Below are positions 38,801 to 50,640 of a stretch of DNA of 64,000 nt, piece after piece. The first letter of the stretch is position 1. Every line of letters starts with the position of its first letter. The notes beneath the pieces were generated by a model. The model worked only from the letters and a program-made list of their open reading frames with translations, did no database searches and was not told where the DNA came from. The stretch lies in the NCBI RefSeq assembly GCF_036321535.1, contig NC_087437.1, positions 66,776,001 to 66,840,000 on the forward strand, written 5' to 3'. The DNA comes from Camelus dromedarius (taxonomy: Eukaryota). Position numbers and translations under genes: made by a program.

Positions 38801-38849
38801 TCCGTTTCCAGAGACAACCACTGTTGTCTTCCAGACAGTCGTTGTACCT

Positions 38850-39375
38850 CCCTGGCTTTGTCACACCTGGTGTGGCAAGCATGACCATGTGACCTGGCCC
38901 ATCTGCAAACTCCCGGTCTCCCATTATCTCCTTGCCTGCTCCCTGTGGGCCACGCTGGCCTCCAGATATTCTCTCAAGCAAGCTTGGCATGTCCTCGACT
39001 GGGGCCTTTGCACCTGCTGTTTCTTCTTGGTGCCCTCTCCTACCAGATGCCTGCACACTTTGTTCTCTCCTCCATCCTTGCCTCTGTTCAAGTATCACTT
39101 CATGGAGAGACCTCTGATCATCTCCCCAAAACAGCAGCCCCTTCATTCTCTGCCCTGAGCCTGCGTTAGTTTTCTTCAGAGTGTTTATCAACAGCTGGCA
39201 TTACAGAGCTATGCTTTGAATTGGTTTATCATCTGTTTCCTTCACTAAAATATAAGTTTCACGAGAGCAAGGATTTTATCTGTTCTCCTTACTATTAAAT
39301 CCCTAGCATCTGTAACTGTGCCAGCCTGGTATACAGAGTAGGTACTCGAAAAATGTCTGTTGAATGAAATGAGTA
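38850..39375 (+). mobile_element. L2 3' fragment
   Basis: gggcctttgcacctgctgtt...gtaggtactcgaaaaatgtctgttgaatgaa. Confidence 0.7.
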
Positions 39376-39399
39376 AGTAAATGACCCTGTGTTTTGCTT

Positions 39400-40120
39400 T
39401 GTGTTTGAAAATGTCAAGCTGCAATAAGATACATTTCTTGTTGATTGAGATTGGCAAACAATTTAACAAATTGAAAATGTCCAGTGTTGGCAAGGCTGCA
39501 GGAAAAAGAGTTTTCTTGTCTCTCTGGAGAACAATTTGGCAACACGTGACAAAACTTTAAATAAGAATTTTTTACTCAGTAAATCCACTTCTATGATTTC
39601 TTTTCCCCCCAAAGGATATAAATAGACAAAAATATACAAATATATGTTCAAAATATCTTTACCGTTATTTATAAGAGCAAAGTTTTAAGAAACAAGTCTA
39701 AATGTCCATCAATAGGAAACTGGTTTAAGAAATCATCATATATGTGAGAAAATACCCTGCAAAAATAATGTCTCTCTATATTTGTCACCATGGAAAGATG
39801 GTCACATTGTTGAATTAACACTGTTTCAAAACAGCAATACATACATTGAGGAGCAAAAATGAGGAGAAAGGGAGAGAGAATTTGAGGAAGAAGTCTAGGG
39901 GTAAGAGGATGAGACAGAAAAAGACAGACAAACAGAACTGTAAGGATGCCTCCTGAAATATTAAGAACAAATATGCCTAGGGTGTGAGATTTCAGGTGAT
40001 TTATATTTGCTCCTTTACACTTTCTAGATTGATTCAATTTTTGCAATAAAAATGTATTTTGACTTAGAAAAACAAAACACAACAAAAACACTATGCAGAG
40101 TAAAAGAATGAAGGAAATAT
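39400..40120 (+). mobile_element. Old L1 (L1ME-like) fragment
   Basis: ccagtgttggcaaggctgcagg...ctctggagaacaatttggcaac...tctaaatgtccatcaatagg. Confidence 0.65.
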
Positions 40121-40611
40121 ACACACGTTAATTATGGTTGTCTTTGGTTTTTTAGAATAGGAACCAAGGGTTCCTCTCTATTTTCCCCATTTTCCAAGTT
40201 GTCTTTTATTGAGTATGGTTACTTTTAAAATGAGGAAATACTCACATCTAATGATAATGATGGTAATCCGACAGACTCACAAGGCCCACAGCCTTTCCTC
40301 CTGGTTCCTGGGAAAGACTCCTCTGTGGTTTGAGGGTCAGAGGCTGCCATTATTCATAACTTACCTACTCAGAGTGGAGGCTCGTTTGCCCTGCACCTTA
40401 GATCTCAAGGTCCCCTTAGATCTCTTAAGAGTCCCCTAACCACTGACACGTCCACATCAGCTGGTTTATGTTGGCTTCTTCAGTGGTCAACATTTATGCC
40501 CACATTTTTTGCACCTTTTGGCCTAATTTTTTTCATTAAAAGACTAATGTACTTTTAGTGGATAAAAATTTAAAAGTTAAAGTATAAAGAAGGAGAGAAA
40601 ACAGGGAGAAG

Positions 40612-40622
40612 CAAGATGGCGG
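40612..40622 (+). promoter_or_regulatory. YY1 site of the L1 internal promoter (CAAGATGGCGG)
   Basis: Consensus YY1 motif ~10 nt from the L1 5' end, its canonical position. Confidence 0.75.
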
Positions 40623-41942
40623 AGTAGAAGGACACTTGTAGCTCACCCTCTCCCACAAATACACCAAAACTGACATCTACAGACCCACTCAGCCAACCAG
40701 AGCACCTGCTGAACTCCGATAGAACACTGCCCTCTTTGAAAGACAAAGACGCCAAAAATCTGGTAGGAGAAAAGGAAAAAAGAAGAAGAAAACGCAAAAC
40801 AGTGCGGGACCAGTCCCACGGGGAGGGAGCAGCAAAGGAGGACTGGCGCTTGTTCGCTGGGGCTCCCCTCTCCAACGGAGAGGCCAGCGTGATGGAGGGG
40901 GAGCCTCCGAGGCTCAGATCTGCCCCAAGCACCCCTTGACTGACAGAACTGAGTTAAATGGGCACAAAGGGTCCCCACGACACCCAGCCTGAGACGTGAG
41001 CTGGCAGCTGGGGCCGGGACAGGCTGCCCGAGCTGGGCAGAGAACTAGGGCGGCTGCACTGAGGCAGCCCCAGGGGACTGCAGGGGGCTGCACACCATGG
41101 CTGGGAGGGGATACAGAGCAGAACAACCTCGGTCCCCCATAAATTGTGAAAAAAGCAAAGCAACACAGCTGGTGTGCCCTGGGGGGGCACCGTAGCCTTT
41201 GTTTCCTCAGACCTGCGCCACCATTACTGGCGCTTCTCAGAGTGAGAAGAGAGGCGGGGGCGCAGCCACAGCTGCCATCTCCTTCTGTGCGCAGTACCCA
41301 GGCAGGGGTGGGGCCAAGGCCTGAATCCATGCCCGGGGGGCTCCACAACCTCCTAGGCAGGACTGAGACTTGTTTACAGCCCGAGGCAGACAGAATCTTT
41401 CTGCCCTGGCACCTCAGAGAACTTGTGCCGCCAAGACAAATAAGGAACTGAGATTTGGCACGAAGCAGGGGCAGGGCCGTTCTGCGGTCTTCCCTGAGCC
41501 CACCTTCGGAGCGCCAACCCGAGGCAGAGCGGGCAGCTGCACAGAGCAGCTGAGCAACAAGCGCCAGGAGAGGGTGGGCGGCCACCCACCTTCCTGGCAG
41601 AAATGCAGCACCTGATCACGGTGCTGGGAGGAGGCGCGATCCGCCCTCCTGCCTCTCCCGAGTGCAGCATCTGACTGCGGCATCCGGAGGGGGAGTGACC
41701 CGCCAGCCCACGAGGTAAGAGCTCAGCACCTGACCCAGTGTTGGAAGGAGGCGTGATCTACTAGCCAACAGCCACTGGGAGCAGCACAGAAGAGGGCCCC
41801 AACAGAGGGCCTCTGGAAACAGCAAGCTGAGTTCGCAAAACAGGGCAAAGACACAAAGACCTCTTGATAAAATCATTAAGAGCACACCATCTCCAGGAGA
41901 ACCAGATAACTGATACTTCTTAAGCCACAATGCCAGAGAGAT

Positions 41943-42842
41943 ATGAGCAATATGAAGAAGCAGAGGAACCACTCTCAATTAAAAGATCAAGAGAAATCCC
42001 CTGAAAGCACGATCAAGGAAATAGACATTGATGGTCTACTAGATCAAGATTTCAAAAAAGGAGTGATCAAAGTACTGAAGGAGCTAAAAGAAATAGTGTT
42101 TAGAGATATAAAATGTCAAAAATGAAATAGAAGTTATAAGGAAGAACCAAGTAGAATTAGTCAATTCATTTGCTGAGATGAGAGCTGACCTAAAGGCTGT
42201 GCAAAGCAGCCTAGATAATGCAGAGGAACAAATAAGTGACCTAGAAGACAGGACAACAGAAAGCACCCAATCAGAACAGCTGAGAGAAAAACAAATAAAA
42301 ACAATGAAAACAACATAAGGGACCTATGTGATAATATAAAGCGTGCCAATCTACGCATAATAGGGATTCCAGAAGGGGAAGAAAGAACAAAGGGGATTGA
42401 AAAGGTATTAGAAGAAATCATGACTGAAAACTTCCCAAACCTAAAGAAGGAATCAGATATTCAAGTACAGGAGGCTCAGAGGGCCCCAAACAGGAAGAAC
42501 CCAAACAGACCCACACCAAGACATATCATAATCAAGATGGCCAGAGTCAAGGATAAACAAATGATCCTAAAGGCAGCAAGAGAAAAACAAAGAGCGAATT
42601 ACAAGGGAACCCCCATAAGGCTTTCAGCTGATTTCTCTACATGAACACTACAGGCCAGAAGGGAGTGGCAAGATATATTCAAAGTCCTGAATGAAAAAAA
42701 GATGCAGCCTGGGATATTCTATCCAGCAAGGGTATCCTTTAGAATAGAAGGAGAGATAAAGAACTTCACAGACAAGCAGAAACTAAAAGAGTTTAGCAAC
42801 ACTAAACCCATGCTAAAAGAAATATTGACAGGTCTACTCTAA
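41943..42842 (+). pseudogene. L1 ORF1p, disrupted
   Basis: Fragments MSNMKKQRNHSQLKDQEKSPE... and MTENFPNLKKE...RPTPRHIIIKMARVKDKQMILKAAREKQ...IRLSADFST. Frameshifts near 42115 and 42300, TGA at 42642-42644. Confidence 0.9.
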
Positions 42843-44961
42843 ATAGAGAAGAAGCAGGATGCTACAAAAATGAGAAACTCATAACTGGAAAGGAGATAAC
42901 TGCCATGAATTACAAAAAGAATAAACACAAAATTGTAGAAGAAGACATCTAAATCATTAAGAGTGGGAGAGGGAAGCAAGGAAAGCCACTGTGGAAAACA
43001 GTATGGGAGATTCCTCAAAAGACTAGGAATAGACTTACCATATGACCCAGGAATCCCGCTCCTGGGCATATATCCAGAAGGAACCCTACTTCAAAATGAC
43101 ACCTGCACCCGAATGTTCATAGCAGCACTATTTACAATAGCCAAGACATGGAAACAGCCTAAATGTCCATCAACAGATGACTGAATAAAGAAGAGGTGGT
43201 ATATTTATACAGTGGAATACTATTCAGCCACAAAAACCGAAAACATAATGCCATTTGCAGCAAAATGGATGTTCCTGGAGAATGTCATTCTAAGTGAAGT
43301 AAGCCAGAAAGAGAAAGAAAAATACCGTATGAGATCGCTTATATGAGGAATCTAAAAAAAAACAAACCAAACATAAATACAAAACAGAAACAGACTCATA
43401 GACATAGAATACAAACCTGTGATTGCCAAGGGGGTGGGGGGTGGGAAGGGATAGACTGGGATTTTAATATGCAGAATAGAGAGACAAGATTATACTGTAT
43501 AGCGCAGGGAAATATATACAAGATCTTGTGGTAGCTCATAGCGAAAAAAAAATGTCACAATGAATATATGTATGTTCATGTATAACTGAAAAATTGTGCT
43601 CTACACTGGAATTTGACATAACATTGTAAAATGACTGTTACTCAATAAAAAAATGTAAAAAAAAAAAAAGGAGAAAACTATCATTCCATCATTGAAATAA
43701 GTGGCTATTAATCTTTTGAACATTTTTCTTTTTTACTCATGTCTCAATATACAGTTATGTATCTGCTTTTTCCGATTATCACTATGAGTATTTTCCTGTA
43801 TCACTGAAAACTCCTAAATATATTTTAATCGTCCTAGCCCAGTTTTTAAAAAGTATTCATATATTCCTCTATAATATCAAATTGAAGAACATTTCTTTGC
43901 TTAAAATAGGTTTATTATTGGAGCCACGAGAAAGATTCCGTCCCATGGTTAGAGCCTAGATCTGGACCTTATCAATAATTGCAATTCCTTCATAATCTTA
44001 ATTTCAAACATCTTCTCTGACCACCCTACTCCAACAGTCTACTGACCTCACTGGGATGAATAATCCACCGATCTGCTTTTTCACTGCTTCTCACCTGAAT
44101 TATGCCCTCATTTCCTTTCTTATCCAGACAGAATTGTGTGGTCAGTTATTTCAGTCACTCCCTTACACACACTCTCATCTCTCTCCCACTCTCTTCCAGC
44201 TGAGCCTCAACCTTGGTTAAACCCAACTCCTCATCTACTTTGCACCTCCCCTGCAGCCAGATGTTCAAGCTCTGCCTTTAATGCTATCTCTACAGACGTG
44301 CTGTGGGCATTAATTCTCCTTTCTGCTTCTTCTCTGGGTGCCCTATTTGGTGGCCATGCTGCTGCTGCTTAGGTGCTCTGCTGTCACCCACCCGTCCTCC
44401 ACCAGCCAGACTCACTGGCCTATCCTGCACTCCCTCTTGGCTGCTTTTCCCAGATGATTCGTTTCTCTTCCCAGCTTTCTAACCTCTGTCTTGACTTCTG
44501 TTTGTTCTCTCTCCCTTCTCTACCCACCCGCCTCTCTGCCCAACTCCCCCGACCCCCAAACCATGGGAGGAATAGCCTGATAAAAATGAATGAGCCATGA
44601 GAGTAGCATCTGGAGCCTCAGGCTCCTGTCCTGCTTGGGGACAGTGTGACCTTGGGCCAGTCATTTCATTCTCTGGTTCTTAGTTTCCTCCCCATATAAT
44701 GATGCACATTTGGTTAAATAAATATGGAGATGAGTTAACGCAGTTCTTAAAACAAACATGATTCTGAAAGTTCAAGAAAGGAAAAATTTCGCCAACAGTC
44801 CCGCTACCCTGATTTCCTCACTATATCATCCTGCTTCCATCACTAAGATAATGTTAACCATCTGGTGAGTATTATTATTGTTATTTTAGTGCTGAAACTT
44901 TCCTTGACCCATCCATCCATGCTTCCCACCCAGTAACCATGATGGAAATCCAAACACTCAC

Positions 44962-45106
44962 CGTGAATTTCTCATAGAGCTCATAAGTCAGGAGGGGATT
45001 GGGGAGCTCCCTAAAGTAGAGCTTGCAGAGGGAGCCCACACAGTGGATGTCCTGGAGGTACACTTCCCTTGTCAGATCTGGACATTGATCTGAGCCAAAC
45101 TCTTGC
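44962..45106 (-). CDS. ARHGAP31: ARHGAP31 exon 3 (145 nt), RhoGAP domain (QEFGSDQCPDLTREVYLQDIHCVGSLCKLYFRELPNPLLTYELYEKFT)
   Basis: Inside ORF 44881..45258. Acceptor tttcag|G, donor ACG|gtgagt. Contains the KLYFRELPNPL RhoGAP signature. Confidence 0.97.
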
Positions 45107-47342
45107 CTGAAACAACACAGACAGAGACATAACAATCCCAGGAACATGTGTTCCATGTCAGCAGCTACTTGGCTGCTTAGGGGGTCAAAAGACCCTAAAC
45201 TGCTGATCTGACCATAATTTTGACCTTGATTCAAAAAGACCTTCTCGCACAAGCACAAGGAAGCTACAGGAAGATTTCCACTTCAGGTCTGGATCATCCT
45301 TCCAGAAGCTGCTGGAATTAGCAAGCCAGAATCCCATTTACAAGTGGATTTCTCATGGCGTGTCTGTAGTCTCAATTACAAACAGTGGGGATACATGTAA
45401 ACAATTTGCCAAAAACCCTGTTGAGATTTCAGTTTTTCCAAAATATTGTTCTAAATGAACTTCTCTTTCTTGGAGGAGAGACCAAAACCAGGGTGAGTCA
45501 GATTGTTATCATTCATGTCCACATATTCATGTCAGCCAACTTGTTTTATCTGGAGACTGAAACCCAGGGTTTGAGAACTTGAATCAACTTTCTCTTTGAT
45601 GCTGAATGGAAACTTCTAGGATGCCTCATAGTGACTCCCACAGGACAGATGAGCTTATAAATATCTTCTTAAACAATCTATAGACGGGTGTTTGGAAACA
45701 TTGTCAGATTCCAGGCCTTGTTTCTAATTTTTAAAAATTTCCTAACAAGGTTACGTGAATATACTGCTTCAAATTATATATACTTACTAGTTAAAAATCT
45801 ATTTAAAAGATGATAAACCTAAGCTTTAATACAGAAGTGAAGTTAGGTTTCTTGAGAGTATTCACTTGGTCAAACAAGTAGTGACAAAGTCAAGCAGACT
45901 CAAGCCAGCATCTCCAACAACTCACTGCCCGTTCACCAGTAGTCCGGTTCTGCCCCTTTAATAAAGGGAAGGGAAATCCCTTATGCTGTCAGAACCTGAA
46001 AGGAACTGAGTGAGGCCTTGAAAAGAAAACCATGCAATGGCCTCATAAATTCATAGGCATGTGTTTTTTACGAGGGCAGAACAAAAACAAAAATTTCCCT
46101 TGTCAAGGCTAAGGTCAATCCTTAAATGAAAAAGAATTGGCCCCTGTCCAAGTGTCCTTCCCTGATACCAACTGCTGGGTAGTATATTCTAGAGCTAAGA
46201 GCAAACCACTAAAAATACTTGCTGCTAAAACTCTGAAAAATGTCACATGAGTACATTAGTGAAATTATATAAGCATATAGATTTGTTAAAAATCTATGGC
46301 TGCAATAAATCAACTACTTTTTAACAGCTCTTACTTCTCCAGAAGTAAAAAGGATGCTTTATTCCTTTGGTATAGTTTTATTACAGTGGAGATTTGAGGG
46401 GGAGGGGCAGAAAACCAAATAGGAGGAAGAAAATAAAAATGAATTGCACAATGTATTACATTTTATATACTAATTTTGTGACAAGAATGTTTTATTATTT
46501 TAAAAGTCTACATTTATAGCTAAAGAACATATAGTAAATATATAAAAATAACACAATAAAGTATGTTCTTTTGATATTAAAGAACAATATTCAAAATAAT
46601 AAATCTATTGTTTTAGTCATAGAATATATTATATATAACCTATATACGCTGTACATAAGCTATATAGATTTATGTATACTCTATTTTATATATATAATGC
46701 ATATAAAATATACACACACATATCTGTGTTTTATATGAAGATTATTGTCCTCTTAATTCAATGAGATAGAAATTTCTTCAAAAAAAATTCTAGGATACAT
46801 TTCAGAATTGTTTAGGATAAATCCATAGGATTGGAAATAGTTTCTCCATCAGTAATTTTTAAAATACATGTATCAGTTAGAGAAATGCACAAGACTTCTG
46901 ACCTCTCGACCAGATGAAATATCAGATGTTGAGTGTGTACCAACAGAAAAATTCACATCAATCTCTAAGTTCTGAAAACCACAGAACAGGGATCTGAGCT
47001 TTGGGTTGGTAAGTGGGTAATAATAAATCATTTTTCCCCAACTTGTAATTTAAATCGTTTGAGTTCAATTGAATCTACCTAAGAAGGATAAATCTGGTAC
47101 AAGACAAAGAAACAGAATAAAAGCCCTCAGGAGCTTTTGTTGGAAAGAATTACATCAGACTGGAGAGCTTCCTGATTGGATTAAGAACAGTCAGGCATCT
47201 GAAAACATCAGCACTTGATCTTCTGTCCTGCCAAACTTCCCTCAATCCCTTCAGTGTTTAATACCCCCAACACCTGCAGATAGAGGTATGGACAGAGGAA
47301 AGATCATGGAAAAATTCTTCGGGGGGCTATTCTTTGACTTAC

Positions 47343-47445
47343 CTTAGCCGCTGTATGTTTGAGGTGACTCCTGAAAGCCGATAAATTCCATCCACAATGC
47401 CGTGAGTCTCTATAAATTCTGCACAGCTCTTCAATACATATGGAA
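47343..47445 (-). CDS. ARHGAP31: ARHGAP31/CdGAP exon 2 (103 nt), start of RhoGAP domain including the arginine finger (VPYVLKSCAEFIETHGIVDGIYRLSGVTSNIQRLR)
   Basis: Read by hand (not in the ORF track). Acceptor cgtag|TT after a long pyrimidine tract; donor AG|gtaagt. Encodes the GIYRLSG RhoGAP motif. Confidence 0.96.
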
Positions 47446-47769
47446 CTACGCAAAAGAAAAGAAAAAACAGTAAAGTATTAGACATAAGTCTGACTGTCTT
47501 TTAAAGATAGGCTTTTAAAAATCCAGGTAACTTCAAAAGAGAAATGAGTATAGAATGCATATGAGTTACAAGTGGAAACAATTACTTATAAATGGTAGAT
47601 GATGTTCTTCGGTATTTAAAAAAAACATAGGGTTTTGTTAAAGTTTGGAAAACTCATGTGTTTTAAGAGTTAGTTTTTTTTTTTCTTAAAGAATTTGAAA
47701 AATATGCAAACACTTAGATTTTGAAACCAGCGGTGACCTTGGAAATCCCACAACCCAACCTCTTCATTT

Positions 47770-47955
47770 CACTGGTTCTCCCAGTGTGGTCTCCTGACTG
47801 GCAGCAGCAGCATCTCCTGGGAACTTGATGGGAATGCAAACACCAGGCCTCACTCCAGACCCACTGAGTCAGAGATCCTGGAGGTTGGGGCCCAGCCATC
47901 TGTGTTTTAAAAAGCCTTCCTGTGACTGTTGAATGATAAAATTAGAGAACCGTTG
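47770..47955. mobile_element. MER5A-like element
   Basis: ggttctcccagtgtggtc...cagcagcagcatctcctgggaacttg...atctgtgttttaaaaag. Confidence 0.75.
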
Positions 47956-50409
47956 CCTATTCTAGCCATGAAGAAACCAAGGGGCAGGTAAATCTACTTC
48001 TCTCACTCAAGAGTACTGGTTGCTTATGAAAAGTAATTAACACATGGAAAAATGCTTATTATATAGGTAGGTAAAAGAAAAACAAGGCACAAAATCAAAT
48101 ATACATTGTGAATTCAACTATGTTTTAAAAAATTGCAAAGGGAATAAAGACTGGAAGAATATCTGCCAGAATATTAAAAGTGATTTAAAGGTTAAAGTGT
48201 TTTGATTTTTTTAAAGGTAAAAACCAAACCCCACCCCACCACCACCAAATGGGTCAAACCAGTCATTGACTGAATGGACCACAGAAAAGAGACCAACATG
48301 GCCTCTTGAATTCCTGCCACTCTAGAAGTCCAGTGCCTGGGTAGAAGAGTCTGGCTACGCTGTTCTCTCCTTGGAGTTGACTTCGACCAGCCTAGCCAGC
48401 TCAGTGACCCAGAATGGCAGCCACAGGTCTTCTGGATGGTGTGGAGAGAGTGGCAAGTCACTTGACACTTTGGTCCTCAGGCAGACTCACGTGAAGTCCC
48501 TCCATGAGTGTGCTGTGGATGGTAGTTTACCAAAGCTTTGGGCGCCAAAGTCTTCAGGCATAGAGATGGTATTGGAACTTCATGAATTTGTGGCTGGGTT
48601 AGCACTGTGCCCGCTCCCCTAAAAAATACCCAGTCCATTAACACCTTAGGTTAGACTAGTGCCTATCCATTAATGCTTAATGCACACGATCATACCTACA
48701 CCTAATTCCAAGTTGGACTGGACCTTGACATTAGTAGATACTAGGCATTCAGACTCAACATTCTTCCTGGATTCACTATTACAATACCTTCTAAACAACT
48801 CTCCCATCATTTTCTTCAACTACTAACTATCATTTTAGGTGCTGATACCCACTTCTCAAAGGCAGTGCACCCCCAGAGCCTCTCCCCTCCAGGACACATC
48901 CATATTTTGCCAGTGTCATTCGTGACCAACTGGTGAGGTGTTTCTTAGTTACCCCAGGTGGAAAGAGGGCAGGGAGTGGACTTGGAAATATTGAGGCCAG
49001 AGACACAGAGGTGGAGCTACTCCCTTTGAGTGACTACAGGGTAGGATCAGGGTGTGGTGGAGGAGGGGCTGTGAGAGTGGGCGGGGTCCAGAGCCCCCAC
49101 CTGGCTTCAACCAGAAGAGCTATACTCTGATCTATTTTATGAAATAGAGGTCTTGGTACAATTTTTGTCTCCCACCCTCATGTCTCTCAAAACATTTTAT
49201 AAACAAACAAACAAATAAGCAAGCAAACAAACAGAGTTCAAATGCTATAAAAAGTTGTCTCATTTTTTTTTTTAAATCCCTATTGTGCACAAAAGGTCAG
49301 CTCTTTCCCCAGCACACCAGCTGCTGTTCTGTAACCTGCCACATGTGGTCACAGTTCAGAGCACAGGTTGGGACACCAAATTGCCTTTGTAGCCTTGGGA
49401 AAAATATGCAGTCATTCTCTCAGTTTCCATATCTGTAAGATGAGGATAACAATGATGTTAACCTCAGAGCTGGTGGACTGAAGTAACACCTGTAAACACT
49501 TAGCACAGACCCTGGCATATAATGAGTATTCCACAGTGACAGTTACAATTTCTACCTGAAGCTTCTCTATGATGAAATTTATAATTTGTGAGATGCAAGC
49601 TTGGTGAAAACAGTTTGCCTCCTTCCATCCGATGGGCAGCGGGGGGCGGGTTGACCAACCTCTTACCAGTCAACACTCACCTCAACACATCCGGGAATGT
49701 GGGGAACACATTCCCGGATGAATGCCTTTTGCAGACTTCTCCGGTTCAGTGTTTCTATTTGAAGGTCATTTTGCTCACCTGCAGCCTCTCTTCTATGCAT
49801 TGAGGTGTATCTTCATAACACAAAGGCAGCAGGGCAACAGGGTATGGATTTTGTTAGCAGTTCTGTAACTGTGCTTGATCTGGACGTGTTTGGCAAGGTG
49901 CTTCTGTACCAAGGTATATGGCTGTGGTGCCACACAGGGCACAAGTGGACTTAAGAGCTTGGACCATTTCCAAGGGGGACTCAAAGACAAAAGCCTCAGC
50001 CTTGAAGGCCCTTTATAAAGAACACTCCACAAAAGGGCACTGCAGGGTCACCCATCCGTCCTACCCCATCCTCAGGGAGCGGCTTGCCAGCACCATGGCC
50101 CTCAGCTGCAGCACCTCGGGCTCCGTTTGTTTTAAAGGTGGGGAACACATTCCCGGATGGAGCCTCTGACATAAATTTACTCTGGCTTTGGTACAGAGGC
50201 CCTAGAACCTCTTGTCCTGGATCTGTTTAAACAGGAGACAATATTAAAACAACCCAGAGAAAAAGGCCATGGTCCCAGTCCCTGAGGAGTGTTAGCTTTC
50301 CTGGAGTCTCGTCTCAGGTCGCGTTGGAAGACTAAGGAGTCTCGATTACTCTCAGTAAATGTGAAAGGACCCACTTGATCTCTGTAATCATCTGGCTCTA
50401 GAGTCAGAG

Positions 50410-50640
50410 CAGTGGTTCTCAGATTGTGGTCCCCAGGTGAGGGCCAGCAGCTGCTTCCAGGTGACTCTGATGCACACTAAAGCATCTCATACTTTAACGT
50501 GGATACAAACCACTGGGATCCTCTTAGCACGCAGATTCCAATGGGAGGGTTGCTGCAGGGTGCTCAAGAATTTGCATTTCTAACAAATTCCCAGATGATT
50601 CAGATACAGACAGTCTGCAACCCACATTAAGGGTAGCCAG
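50410..50640. mobile_element. MER5-like element(s)
   Basis: cagtggttctcag...aagaatttgcatttctaacaaattcccagatgatt. Confidence 0.65.

Larger units (their letters stand above)
40603..43667 (+). mobile_element. Lineage-specific LINE-1 with intact 5' UTR, disrupted ORF1 and a large internal ORF2 deletion; antisense in intron 3
   Basis: 5' end gggagaagcaagatggcgg with YY1 site; CpG-rich 5' UTR; ORF1 fragments; ORF2 C-terminus (RFLKRLGIDLPYDPGIPLLGIYP); 3' UTR, AATAAA and poly(A). Imperfect TSD aaggagagaaaac / aaggagaaaac. Confidence 0.93.

Noticed and set aside
40396..40437. Short duplication ccttagatctc…gtcccct (similar micro-duplications near 19003-19033 and 38522-38542)
   Set aside because: Ordinary slippage-type micro-duplications with no supporting context.
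40914..41585. 223-aa antisense ORF in the L1 5' UTR (ORF0-like?)
   Set aside because: GTG start, GC-rich stop-poor sequence and no recognisable protein features.
46370..46760. Very AT-rich stretch in intron 2
   Set aside because: Low-complexity, probably decayed repeat; no specific structure.
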